A stretch of DNA of 64,000 bases from an uncultured Synechococcaceae cyanobacterium (GTDB lineage: Bacteria; Cyanobacteriota; Cyanobacteriia; PCC-6307; Cyanobiaceae): NCBI GenBank assembly GCA_903907855.1, contig CAIVPT010000191.1:875-64874 (forward strand), in the 5' to 3' direction. Made by a program: the position numbers and the translations under genes. The notes below the pieces were generated by a model. The model searched no databases. It was not told the origin of the DNA and was given only the letters and a program-made list of their open reading frames with translations. Of the stretch, positions 51,493 to 63,698 are shown piece after piece (within the stretch, counting starts at the first letter, position 1; each line of letters opens with the position of its first letter).

Positions 51493-53529
51493 CTAGGCAG
51501 AGGTTCGCAGGGGGGATGGCACCAGCACGTCCCGCACCAGGCGCACCACCCCCCGTTCCGCCAGGCCCCGCGCCACCTCCAGCCCCATCCGCCGCAGGTC
51601 GGGTTCCCGCAATACGCGGGGCAGGCGGCGCAGCAGCAACCGGGGCTCGAAGCCGGGCAGGTCGGCCAGGATGCCGCTGAGCTGGCGGATCGGCTCCAGG
51701 TCGAGCAGGGGCCCACCGCCCTCAAACGCCGCCGCCCCCAGCTCCCGCCGTTCCCGCAGACCGGGGGGCAGCAGGGGAGGGGGCAGTCGGCGGCCGATTC
51801 GCAGGGTGGTGCGCCAGGCCAGGTCGTCCATCCGTGCCACCAGCGCCTCCACCAGCTGCTGGCGCAGCAGGCCGCCATGGGGGGAGAAGAGGAAATCGAG
51901 CACTTGATCGAGCAGACCGTCGAGGTCGAGCTGGTCCTGCAGCGAGGCGCTTGCCACCAGGTTTTCCAACCGCTGCCAGCGGAATTCATCGCCGTCGAAG
52001 AGCATCTCCCGCAGGCTGCGGCGCAGCTCCGGATCGGGATCCTCCATCAGGCGGCGGGCGAAGTAGGGGTAGGCGGCTCCGAGGATCTTGAAGTTGGGAT
52101 CCACGCTCAGGGCGATGCCTTCGAGCGTGACCAATGAGCGGATGATCAGGGCGTAGTAGGGCGGTACACGGAAGGGGAAGCGATACATCACCCCACTCAG
52201 ATCATCGGTAACCGCCTTGAAGTCCATCCGGCTTACGCCCATCTCAAGGGCCTGGCCGAAGACCGCCTCGAAGGCCGGCACGATCGGCGCCAGATCAACC
52301 TCCTCATCCAGGAAGCCAAGGGAGACGAAGTCTTTGGAGAGCGAGTTGAAATCGCGGTTCACCAGGTGCACCACCGCCTGGATCAGGCCGGTGCGCGCCT
52401 CGCGGCTCACCTCGCTCATCATGCCGAAGTCGAGGTAGGCCAGGCGGCCATCGGGCAGGGCCAGCAGGTTGCCGGGATGGGGGTCGGCGTGGAAGAAACC
52501 ATGCTCAAGAAGCTGCTGCAGGCTGCAGTTCACACCCACCTGCACCATGTCGTCGGGATCGACGCCGATCGCCCGCACGGCCTCGAGGTTGGTGAGCTTG
52601 GTGCCCTCGATCCATTCCATCGTCAGCACGCGGCGGCTGGTGGCGTGCCAGTGGATCACGGGCACGGCGATGCGTGGATTGTGGGCGTGCAGTTTGCGGA
52701 ACTTTTCAGCGTTACCCCCCTCATTGATGTAGTCCATCTCCTCAAAAACCCGGCGACCCAGCTCGTCGATCAGGGCCACCAGGTCGGAGCGGATCAGGCG
52801 GACATTGCGGTTCAGCCAGGCGGCAATGTTGCGCACGATGTAGAGATCGAGCGTGATCTGCTCGCGCAGGCCTGGTCGCTGCACCTTCACCGCCACCCGC
52901 TGGCCATCGCGCAGCACCCCCCGGTGCACCTGGCCGAGGGAGGCGGCGGAGATCGGCTCCCGGTCGAGTTGGGCGTAAACGGCCTCGATCGGCTGGCCGA
53001 GGTCTTCCTCGATGCAGGCCATCGCCAGGCCGCTGTCGAAGCCCGGCAGCTGGTCCTGCAGCTGGGCCAGCTCGTCGAGCAGGAGCGGCGGAATGATGTC
53101 GGGGCGGGTGGAGAGGGCCTGGCCGGCCTTGATGAAGGCGGGTCCGAGCGCCGCCAGCAACTCGGCGCATTCGCGGGCGCGGCTGCGGGCTCGCTCCGGG
53201 TTGGCCAGGGCGCCGCTGAAGCGATCGATTGCCACCGCGACCAGGTACAGGGCGATCGGGATCAGGGTCTGGCGCAGGCGACGCAGCAACCGCTCCGGGT
53301 GGCCGGCGTAGATGCGCGTGATCGCCGCCGGGTCGTAGGCCATCAGGCCGGCGGCTTCGAGGAAATCGCCCAGTTCGTCCGGCTTGCCCGGCAAGGCGTG
53401 CAGGGGCGCGGCCGGATCGGTGGAGGCGGGGATGCTGGGCTCGATCGGTGGCGGGTCCGCCATCGGATCCGCCCCGAACACGGCGGCCCGCATGGCGGCC
53501 AGGGCGGATTCAGCGGCGGTGTGGCTCAT
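51493..53529 (-). CDS. ABC1/UbiB (AarF) atypical kinase family protein
   Basis: AFIKAGQALSTRPDIIPP, ISAASLGQVHRGVL, VAVKVQRPG, FHADPHPGNLL, LDFGMM. ATG at 53529 was verified. Confidence 0.85.
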   Translation of the reverse strand: MSHTAAESALAAMRAAVFGADPMADPPPIEPSIPASTDPAAPLHALPGKPDELGDFLEAAGLMAYDPAAITRIYAGHPERLLRRLRQTLIPIALYLVAVAIDRFSGALANPERARSRARECAELLAALGPAFIKAGQALSTRPDIIPPLLLDELAQLQDQLPGFDSGLAMACIEEDLGQPIEAVYAQLDREPISAASLGQVHRGVLRDGQRVAVKVQRPGLREQITLDLYIVRNIAAWLNRNVRLIRSDLVALIDELGRRVFEEMDYINEGGNAEKFRKLHAHNPRIAVPVIHWHATSRRVLTMEWIEGTKLTNLEAVRAIGVDPDDMVQVGVNCSLQQLLEHGFFHADPHPGNLLALPDGRLAYLDFGMMSEVSREARTGLIQAVVHLVNRDFNSLSKDFVSLGFLDEEVDLAPIVPAFEAVFGQALEMGVSRMDFKAVTDDLSGVMYRFPFRVPPYYALIIRSLVTLEGIALSVDPNFKILGAAYPYFARRLMEDPDPELRRSLREMLFDGDEFRWQRLENLVASASLQDQLDLDGLLDQVLDFLFSPHGGLLRQQLVEALVARMDDLAWRTTLRIGRRLPPPLLPPGLRERRELGAAAFEGGGPLLDLEPIRQLSGILADLPGFEPRLLLRRLPRVLREPDLRRMGLEVARGLAERGVVRLVRDVLVPSPLRTSA

Positions 53530-53548
53530 CGGCGGGGCGGAACGGATC

Positions 53549-53584
53549 GCGACAGAATCGCGATAAGGACCGCGATTCTGTCGC
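53549..53584. repeat. Perfect 14-bp inverted repeat with 8-nt spacer
   Basis: GCGACAGAATCGCG (53549-53562), ATAAGGAC, CGCGATTCTGTCGC (53571-53584). It sits between the stop of the PEP-CTERM-like gene and the start of the ABC1 kinase gene. Confidence 0.85.
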
Positions 53585-53597
53585 CCGCCCGCCGGCC

Positions 53598-54239
53598 TCA
53601 GTGGGTCCGTGCGTCCGGGCGGGTCCGGCGACGGCTGCGGCGCAGTCGGCGGCTCCACGCCAGGGTCAGGCCGACACCGGCGACAGGCAGGGGCCCGGGC
53701 ACGGGCACCTGGCGCAGGCTGAAGACCCCCTGGCGCTCCGTGTCTGGGTCGAAGGAGAAGTTGGGGGGCACCGAATGGAAGTCCATGTCCACCACCGGGT
53801 TGAGGAAGGTGGCGGTGAAGATGTTGGAGTAACTGCCGTCGGCATAGCTGACGTTGAAGCCGTGGGAGGTCATCGGCTTTGCGCCGGGGCGCACCAGGTT
53901 GTCGCTTGAGAAGCCCGCGTTGCCGGGGATTGACGAGCCGAGGGGCAGGAGTGCGGAAATGGCTATGCCATTGCGTTGGCCGCTGGCTTCGAGGATCGTG
54001 AAGAAACCCTTGCTATCCGGTATGTCGGTGGTGCGCAGCCGGCCCGCTGACACCACGGATCCGTAGGGCGGAGTGTCGGGTGCATTGAAGCTCCACTCCC
54101 AGACCAGGGCCCGGGCCATGCCCGCCTGCAGCAGGCCGGTGGCCCCCAGCAGCAGGGCGCACCGGGCAGCAGTATGTCGACGGCTGCGACGGGCCTGTCC
54201 AGCTTTTCTGCAGTCGAAGTTTCTGCGGTCGAAGAGCAT
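53598..54239 (-). CDS. Secreted protein with PEP-CTERM-like C-terminal sorting signal
   Basis: The C-terminus reads VPVPGPLPVAGVGLTLAWSRRLRRSRRR: a P(E/G)P-like motif, a hydrophobic helix and an Arg cluster. It has an N-terminal signal-like segment. A/T content is visibly higher than in neighbouring genes. Confidence 0.55.
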   Translation of the reverse strand: MLFDRRNFDCRKAGQARRSRRHTAARCALLLGATGLLQAGMARALVWEWSFNAPDTPPYGSVVSAGRLRTTDIPDSKGFFTILEASGQRNGIAISALLPLGSSIPGNAGFSSDNLVRPGAKPMTSHGFNVSYADGSYSNIFTATFLNPVVDMDFHSVPPNFSFDPDTERQGVFSLRQVPVPGPLPVAGVGLTLAWSRRLRRSRRRTRPDARTH

Positions 54240-54354
54240 GGCGTAACCAGCCAGAGGTATCGCTCCAAAGGGTAGGCAGCTTCAGCGGCATCCCCAGCAC
54301 ACCCATGGATTTCCTTCCCCTGGACGCCCCCCGCCGCTACGGTCGGGTCCGCCC

Positions 54355-56073
54355 GTGGCGGCCGCCGTGCTCACCGGTCTGCACCTTGAGAACATCGCCC
54401 TGATCGAGCGGCTTGAGCTCGCCTTCGAGTCGGGTTTCACCGTGCTCACCGGCGAGACCGGCGCCGGCAAGTCGATCCTGCTCGATGCCCTCGATGCCCT
54501 GCTCGGCGGCGCCCAGGGGAGCCAGGGGGCGCGCCTGTTGCGCCGTGGTGCGTCCCGGGGTCGCATCGAGGCGGCCTTCACCCTCACCCCCCCGCTCGCC
54601 GAATGGTTGGCCGCCCAGGAGCTGGAGGCCGACGAGGACGAACTGCTGCTCAGCCGCGATTGGCGCCTGCAGGAGGAGCGTCTCAGCAGCCGCCACCGGC
54701 TCAATGGCGTGGCGATCAGCCGCGCCCAGGTGCTGGAGCTGCGGCCCTTGCTGCTGGATCTCACCGTGCAGGGTCAGACCCAGCAGCTGGCGCGGCCGGG
54801 TCAACAGCGCCGCTGGCTCGATCGCTTCGCGGGCGAGGCGCTGCTGGCGGAGCTGGAGGGGGTGCGCCGGGCCTTCCGCAGCTGGCGCGAGGCCGCCCGG
54901 GCGCTGGCGGAGGCGGAGGCGGATCGGGAACGGCTGGAGCGCGAGCGGCTTCGGGAGGAACAGCTGCTGGAAGACCTGGAGGCCGCCGGCCTCGATGATC
55001 CCGAGGAGCTGGCCCGGCTGCAGGCGGAGCAGGACCGGCTGGCCCATGGCGTGCGCCTCCAGGAGGGGATCGCCACCGTGTTGGGACGGCTGCTGGAGGG
55101 GGAGGAGTCGGCGCCCGCCGCCCTCGACCACCTGTCGGCCTGTGAGCAGGAGCTCCAGCAGATGGCCGCCCTCGATCCCGCCGCCGCCCCCCTGCTGGAC
55201 ACCTGCACCGGCGCCCTGCTCGGCCTGCAGCAGCTCGGCCGCGACCTCGACCGCTACGGCGCCTCCCTCGACAGCGAGCCCGGCCGCCTCGCCGAGCTGC
55301 AGGAACGCATCGCCGACCTGCGCAGCCTCGAGCGCCGCCACGGCCTGGCCCTCTCCGATCTGATCGACCGCCGCGACCGCCTGCGGGAGAGCCTCGCCCC
55401 CGGGGGCGCTGAGGCCTCCCTGGCGCTCCTGCGGGAGGCGGAGGAGGGGGCGCGCCGCGACCGTGACCGCCACAACAGCGCCCTGGGCCGCCGCCGCGCC
55501 GCCGCCGCCCGCGCCCTGGAGGAGCAGCTGCTGGCGGCGCTGCGGCCGATGGGCCTGGCCAATGTGCGCTTCGCCGTGGCCCTTGAACCCGCCGAGCCTG
55601 GCGAGGAGGGGGCCGACGCGGTGCAGTTCCGCTTCAGCGCCAACCCCGGCCAACCGCTCGCGCCCCTGGCGGAGGTGGCCTCCGGCGGTGAGATGAGCCG
55701 CTTCCTGCTCGCCCTCAAGACCTGCCTGGCGGCGGCCGATCCCCACGTCACCCTGCTGTTCGACGAGATCGATACGGGCGTCAGCGGCCGGGTGAGCGGG
55801 GCGATGGCGGAGTTGCTGCAGCGGCTCGGCGCCTCGCGCCAGGTGTTCTGCGTCACCCACCAACCCCTGGTGGCCGCCGCCGCCGACCACCACTTCCGGG
55901 TCGCCAAGGAGGTGGAAGACGGCCACACCCACACGCGAGTGTCCCGACTGCGGGACGTTGGCGAACGGCAGGCGGAACTGGCGGAACTGGCGGGGGGCGA
56001 CGCCGAGGAGGCCCGCAGCTTCGCCGCCAGCCTGCTGGAGCGCCGCGAGCCCGGCCCCAGGCGCGTCGCCTGA
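54355..56073 (+). CDS. recN: DNA repair protein RecN
   Basis: Walker A GETGAGKSILLDAL, a long coiled coil, signature ASGGEMSRFLLAL and Walker B LLFDEIDTGVSG. An alternative GTG start lies at 54367. Confidence 0.9.
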   Translation: MAAAVLTGLHLENIALIERLELAFESGFTVLTGETGAGKSILLDALDALLGGAQGSQGARLLRRGASRGRIEAAFTLTPPLAEWLAAQELEADEDELLLSRDWRLQEERLSSRHRLNGVAISRAQVLELRPLLLDLTVQGQTQQLARPGQQRRWLDRFAGEALLAELEGVRRAFRSWREAARALAEAEADRERLERERLREEQLLEDLEAAGLDDPEELARLQAEQDRLAHGVRLQEGIATVLGRLLEGEESAPAALDHLSACEQELQQMAALDPAAAPLLDTCTGALLGLQQLGRDLDRYGASLDSEPGRLAELQERIADLRSLERRHGLALSDLIDRRDRLRESLAPGGAEASLALLREAEEGARRDRDRHNSALGRRRAAAARALEEQLLAALRPMGLANVRFAVALEPAEPGEEGADAVQFRFSANPGQPLAPLAEVASGGEMSRFLLALKTCLAAADPHVTLLFDEIDTGVSGRVSGAMAELLQRLGASRQVFCVTHQPLVAAAADHHFRVAKEVEDGHTHTRVSRLRDVGERQAELAELAGGDAEEARSFAASLLERREPGPRRVA

Positions 56074-56115
56074 ACCCCCTCGGCGGGAGCCGCCGATAGA
56101 CTCGCCAGCTGTCGA

Positions 56116-59151
<3,036 letters not shown>

Positions 59152-59155
59152 GCCG

Positions 59156-60034
59156 ATGGCGGCCTTCCCCGAGCGGCTCGATCTCTATGGCCAGGCCCTG
59201 GCCCGCTGGCTGCATCAGCAAGGTCCGCTGCGGCTGATCGTGCGCATGCCCGGCAACATCGGGGATGCCCTGATCTGGCGCGGCACCGCCGACCTGTTCG
59301 AGCGCCACCGCATCGACGCCGAGCGGATTGACCATCGCCAGGCCCTCGACGGCCCCCATCCCGACACCACCCTGGTGATCCCCGGCAGTGGCGCCCTCAC
59401 CCGCCTCTGGCACGAGTGGCTGCCGGAGCTGATCGAGCAGGCGGCCGCCCAGTACCGCCAGGTGGTGGTGCTCGCCTCCGACTACGACCCCGATGTGCCT
59501 GGGGTGGCCCGCGCCCTGGCGCTGCCCAACGTGTGGGCCATTGCCCGCCAGCCCCTTTCCTACGCCGCCATCCGCCCCTTCGGCCGCGCCGTGCTGATGC
59601 CCGATCCAGCCCTCTGGTGCCGCCGCTTCCATCCGGCCTCCCCCGCCCCGCCGGCCGCGGCTGCCGCCAACGCCGACCACGGGGATCCGGAAGAGCCGCT
59701 GCTGCTGGCCCTGCGCACCGACCGCGGCTCCTGCCTGGCCGATCTGCCCCTGCGCCCCGATCCGCAGCGCAACCGGGATCTCTCGCGGGTGGCCCCCGAT
59801 CTCGACGCCTTCCTCGACGCCGTCGATGCCGCCGCCCATGTGGTCACCGACCGGCTGCACATCGCGGTGTCGGCGGTGATGCTCGGCAAGCGGCTCTCCT
59901 GGATCGATCCGTACGACCGCAAGATCTCCAGCTACCTCGCCTTTGCCTTCGAGGAGCCCCAGCGCCGCCGTTGCGCCCCGCTGGCTCTGGAGGAGCTGCA
60001 GGAGCGGGGCTGGCTGGTGGCGAAGGAGGGCTGA
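59156..60034 (+). CDS. Polysaccharide pyruvyl-transferase-like protein
   Basis: N-terminal PGNIGDALI and C-terminal VVTDRLHIAVSAVMLGK match the two conserved blocks of the pyruvyl-transferase family as I remember them. It starts 4 nt after the uvrA stop. Confidence 0.6.
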   Translation: MAAFPERLDLYGQALARWLHQQGPLRLIVRMPGNIGDALIWRGTADLFERHRIDAERIDHRQALDGPHPDTTLVIPGSGALTRLWHEWLPELIEQAAAQYRQVVVLASDYDPDVPGVARALALPNVWAIARQPLSYAAIRPFGRAVLMPDPALWCRRFHPASPAPPAAAAANADHGDPEEPLLLALRTDRGSCLADLPLRPDPQRNRDLSRVAPDLDAFLDAVDAAAHVVTDRLHIAVSAVMLGKRLSWIDPYDRKISSYLAFAFEEPQRRRCAPLALEELQERGWLVAKEG

Positions 60035-60037
60035 GCC

Positions 60038-61147
60038 ATGGCGCGCATCCACGGCCTCACCCTCATCCGCGACGAGTGGCCCCTGGCCCTGCTCTCGATC
60101 AACCACGCCCTGCTGCACCACGTGGACCGGCTCCACTGCGCCGTGCAGGTCAGCAGCGACGCCACGTTGGAGGGGGTGCAGCAGCTGAGGGGGTTCTGGG
60201 GGGAGCGGCTCACGGTGGTGGAGATCCGTACCCCCGCCTACCTGCAGGAGGCGATCGTGGCCACGTTGGTGCGGCAGCTGGCGGCCGCGGCCGCTCCGGG
60301 CGATTGGCTGTATGTGTTCGACGCCGATGAGTTCGCCGTCACCCCCTCGGCGCTGCCCCTGCGGGAGCAGATCGCTCTCCAGCCGAGCGACCACCAGGAG
60401 CTGCGCTACCCGGTGTGGAACTGGATCGCCCCCGTTGATTTCGACGACTGGGACCTGGCCTCCTACGGCCGGATCCGGCACCGGGCCCTGCCCTGCGTGT
60501 TCCTCTCCCTGCCGCCGCACATCCTGGCCGAGGAGATCGGCCGCGGCTTCGTCAACTACTTCGATCTGCCCTTCTACGACAAGGGATTGTTCCGCCTTGA
60601 TGCCCTGCGGGAGCGTTGGCTGGGTCCCGGTGCCCATCGCCTCAGGCCGCCGGCCGCCCTGCTGCGCCCCTCCGCCGAGCTGTCGCCCGCCGCCTTCCAA
60701 GCCATCCACCTGCCCCTGCTCAGCCGCCGCCGCCTGGAGTGCCGCCTGGCCCAGGCCCGCAATCTCATGGCCCAGGGTTTTCCCTTCCACCACGGCTGGC
60801 AGAGCCGCATGCTGCTGGATCTGGAGGCCTCCCAGGAGCTCGATGCCTTCTGGCGCCGCCACGCCATCGGCCCCGGGACCACCTCGGCTGCCCCGGGCCT
60901 GCCCTGCTTTGAGGAAAGCGATCTGTTCGCCACCGCCCTCGAGCCCGCCCTGGCCCTCTCCCTCTCCCTGCTCGATGCCACCCCCGCCACCGATCCACCC
61001 CTGCCCCTCTCGGAGGAGGCGTGCCTGCGCACCATCCACCAGCTGCAGAACCAGCTCAAGGATCTGCATCGCGATCTGATGCGCCATGGCGTGAACCAGG
61101 TGGCGGCCCAGTGGTATGGATCGGGCGCTTCGGTGAGCCCGCCGTAG
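60038..61147 (+). CDS. Putative GT-A fold glycosyltransferase (family-2-like)
   Basis: WLYVFDADEFAV is a DxD/DADEF-type block. It starts 3 nt after the previous stop. The family assignment is weak. Confidence 0.5.
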   Translation: MARIHGLTLIRDEWPLALLSINHALLHHVDRLHCAVQVSSDATLEGVQQLRGFWGERLTVVEIRTPAYLQEAIVATLVRQLAAAAAPGDWLYVFDADEFAVTPSALPLREQIALQPSDHQELRYPVWNWIAPVDFDDWDLASYGRIRHRALPCVFLSLPPHILAEEIGRGFVNYFDLPFYDKGLFRLDALRERWLGPGAHRLRPPAALLRPSAELSPAAFQAIHLPLLSRRRLECRLAQARNLMAQGFPFHHGWQSRMLLDLEASQELDAFWRRHAIGPGTTSAAPGLPCFEESDLFATALEPALALSLSLLDATPATDPPLPLSEEACLRTIHQLQNQLKDLHRDLMRHGVNQVAAQWYGSGASVSPP

Positions 61148-61194
61148 CATCCAACCTCCGGTCGCCCCCGTGGTCGTCCCCCGGCCGTCTCCCG

Positions 61195-62721
61195 ATGCCC
61201 CTGCCGTTCTCCCTCCGCCGCCCCCTCCTGGCCTGGCTGCTCGGGCTCGCCGCTCCGCTGGCCTGGATGCCGCCGGCCGCCGCCCTGGAGCGGGTGGAGC
61301 TGCAGCTGCCCCTGCTCGATCTGGTTTTTAACGTCAGGGTGAGCGAGCTGGGTGATCCCAAAGCCCTCGCCAACGGCAGCAGCGACCTGGCGGAGATCGA
61401 CCGCGCCACCGATGGGGCCCTCGGCCGTCGCATCACCGAGCTGTTCGCCGCGCCCCTGCCGGTCACCACCAAGGCGCTGGTGCGCAATGCCGTGGGCACG
61501 CCGATGTTTGAGCAGGCCCTGTTGATGGCCTCCACCATCGGCTCGATCGATGGCGTGGCCCCCGACCTCGACGGCAGTGACCTCGCGGCTGCCCTGCAGC
61601 GGGCCTCCGCCTCCGGGCCCCTCACCCTGCAGTCGCTGCTGCAAGCCCTCCCGGGCCAGTCAGCCACGATCAACCTGGAGAAGGCCCTGCTGGGGCTGCG
61701 GCGGCTCGCCAACCAGTTCCGCCACGCCCAGGAGATTGTCGCCACCCTGCCGCCCACTCCCACCCTTTCCACCAACGATGCGCTAGGCCCCCTGCCCACG
61801 GTGCGCAGCACGGCGCAGATCCCGGTGCGCCATCGGACCGAGCCGCTGCAGATGGTGGTGATCCGGCCGGAGCAGAAGGCGAATGGCCGGCTGGTGGTTA
61901 TTTCCCACGGGCTCTGGGATGGGCCGGCGAGTTTCGAAGGCTGGGCCACCTACCTGGCCAGCCGCGGTTACACGGTGGTGCTGCCCCTCCACCCGGGCAG
62001 CGACAGCAGCCAGCAGCAGGCCATGCTCTCCGGCAAGCTGCCGCCGCCGGGCCCCCAGGAGCTGCGGATGCGGCCCTTGGATGTGAGTGCCGTCATCGAT
62101 GCGGTGGGTACGGGCGACGTGGCCGGTCTCAGTGGGGTCGACCACAAGCGGGTGGTGGTGTTCGGCCACTCCTGGGGAGCCACCACCGCCATGCAGCTGG
62201 CCGGCGCCACCCCCAGTTCGCGGCGCCTGAAGGAGCGCTGCCTCAACCCGGCTGACCCGGATCGCAACCTCAGCTGGGTGCTCCAGTGCAGCTTCCTCGA
62301 CGCCGCGGACCGGGCTTCCCTCGCCGATCCGCGGGTGGTGGCCATTGCGGCCGTGAGCCCGCCGCTCAACCTGATCTTTGACCACGGGGCCGGCGAGAAA
62401 ATTAACGCCCGGGTGTTGCTGATCACCGGCAGCCGCGACTGGGTGGTGCCCTCTGGCCCGGAGGCGATCCGCCGCTTCCGCAGGCCCGCCGTGGCCGGCC
62501 ACCAGCTGGTGGTGGCCAGCGGCGGCGACCACTTCAACCTGCGCGGCCACGGCGATGGAGGCCCCCTGCGGGCCCTGCTGCTCCGTTGGGTGGATGCCGC
62601 CTTCGCCGCCGGCGCCGCCCTGCCCCCCGCCCCCGGCGCCACCCCGCTGCTCTCCCCCACCGACTGGGGCGACGATGAGATCCCGCTGGTGTTGGTTCCG
62701 GTCGGTTCGCTGCAGCCTTGA
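61195..62721 (+). CDS. Secreted DUF1400-like domain fused to an alpha/beta hydrolase
   Basis: Signal peptide MPLPFSLRRPLLAWLLGLAAPLAW. Hydrolase blocks are VVISHGLWDG, the nucleophile elbow GHSWG, LLITGSRDWVVP and GGDHFN. Confidence 0.7.
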   Translation: MPLPFSLRRPLLAWLLGLAAPLAWMPPAAALERVELQLPLLDLVFNVRVSELGDPKALANGSSDLAEIDRATDGALGRRITELFAAPLPVTTKALVRNAVGTPMFEQALLMASTIGSIDGVAPDLDGSDLAAALQRASASGPLTLQSLLQALPGQSATINLEKALLGLRRLANQFRHAQEIVATLPPTPTLSTNDALGPLPTVRSTAQIPVRHRTEPLQMVVIRPEQKANGRLVVISHGLWDGPASFEGWATYLASRGYTVVLPLHPGSDSSQQQAMLSGKLPPPGPQELRMRPLDVSAVIDAVGTGDVAGLSGVDHKRVVVFGHSWGATTAMQLAGATPSSRRLKERCLNPADPDRNLSWVLQCSFLDAADRASLADPRVVAIAAVSPPLNLIFDHGAGEKINARVLLITGSRDWVVPSGPEAIRRFRRPAVAGHQLVVASGGDHFNLRGHGDGGPLRALLLRWVDAAFAAGAALPPAPGATPLLSPTDWGDDEIPLVLVPVGSLQP

Positions 62722-62732
62722 GGGTCTCCAGC

Positions 62733-62751
62733 GAACTGGCAGGGCCAGTTC
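62733..62751. terminator. Hairpin between convergent genes (possible bidirectional terminator)
   Basis: GAACTGGC-AGG-GCCAGTTC: a perfect 8-bp stem with a 3-nt loop. It lies in the 34-bp gap between the stops at 62721 (+) and 62756 (-), and is followed by CGTTTC on the + strand. Confidence 0.45.
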
Positions 62752-62755
62752 CGTT

Positions 62756-63313
62756 TCAGAAGCGGGAGCCTGGCGTCTGCAGGAAGGCCAGCTCCCGCGC
62801 ACTCGACTCCCGTCCCAGGAGCGCGTTGCGGTGAGGGAAGCGGCCAAAGCGGGCGATCACATCCCGATGCCGGCGGGCGAAGTCGGCGGTGCGGGGATCG
62901 CTGAACCGCCCGAACAGCGGCAGCGCCGTCTCCTGCACCGCAAGGTCTTCGCTGTGCATCAGTGGCATCAGCCAGAACTGCCGTCGCGCCTGCTCAGGCT
63001 CCGCCCCGACCCAGCCCAGCTCCACAGCCTTCAGGCTCAGCGCCAGGGCCTGGGGATCGCCGGCGAAGGCCATGGCGGTATCGCGCCAGATCTGGCGCGG
63101 GAACTGATCCAGCAGCAGCACCAACGCCAGGGCTCGGGCCGCTTCCGTGCCCCAGGCGTCGAGCTCACCGGCGATCGCCCGCTGCGTCAGGCCGAGGAAT
63201 CGTTCCCGCAGCAGGGCATCAAAGGCCGAGTCCTTGGCGAACCACTGGCGCGGCCGGCTCTGCACGAACCAGAACTCCAGAACCTCGCTGGCCTTGTTCC
63301 GAGCACCATCCAT
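62756..63313 (-). CDS. DUF924-like protein
   Basis: VLEFWF...WF, LLLDQFPRQIWR, LMPLMHSEDL and RFGRFPHRNALLGRESSARELAFL match the DUF924 pattern. ATG at 63313 was verified. Confidence 0.75.
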   Translation of the reverse strand: MDGARNKASEVLEFWFVQSRPRQWFAKDSAFDALLRERFLGLTQRAIAGELDAWGTEAARALALVLLLDQFPRQIWRDTAMAFAGDPQALALSLKAVELGWVGAEPEQARRQFWLMPLMHSEDLAVQETALPLFGRFSDPRTADFARRHRDVIARFGRFPHRNALLGRESSARELAFLQTPGSRF

Positions 63314-63698
63314 CAGAGCAGGGCCTGCATACTGGCCACCTTGCCCCCATTGTGGAAGCCGCTGCCCGGCCGCGCTGCCTTGTCGGTGTTTCCGCTGCTG
63401 GTGATTGGGCGTGGCCTGGCGATCCAGGTGCTCACCGGGCTGGTGAAGCCCCTGCTGCTCGACCCTGTCCATGAGCCGCGGCTTGATGCCCTGGTGTAGA
63501 AGGTGCTGCGCCAGGTGAGCCTCGCCCTGGGATGGGTGCTGGTGCAAACCCATTGCTGATTTTAAATCATGTAGTCAAAGCGCAGTCGACAGGTTGTCCC
63601 GCACCGGCTTACACTTTGGCCGAAAATTGTGGCCATCGCCAGCCGCCAGACCCGATGGCCCTTGAACGGACGACCCCTTGGCTGTGAACCGCCAAGTC

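Noticed and set aside
54240-54354. LexA/SOS box upstream of recN
   Set aside because: The 115-bp spacer contains no GTAC-containing palindrome resembling the cyanobacterial LexA box (RGTAC-N3-DGTWCB, from memory).
56081-56095. CGGCGG-GAG-CCGCCG hairpin after recN
   Set aside because: This is a 6-bp pure G/C stem with no U-tract. Such stems are common by chance in GC-rich DNA. uvrA starts 20 nt later and is probably co-transcribed.
63314-63553. N-terminal 80-codon extension of the DUF924-like ORF
   Set aside because: Family similarity begins at MDGARNKASEVLEFWF (ATG 63313). The upstream part is His/Gln-rich filler with no signal or domain.
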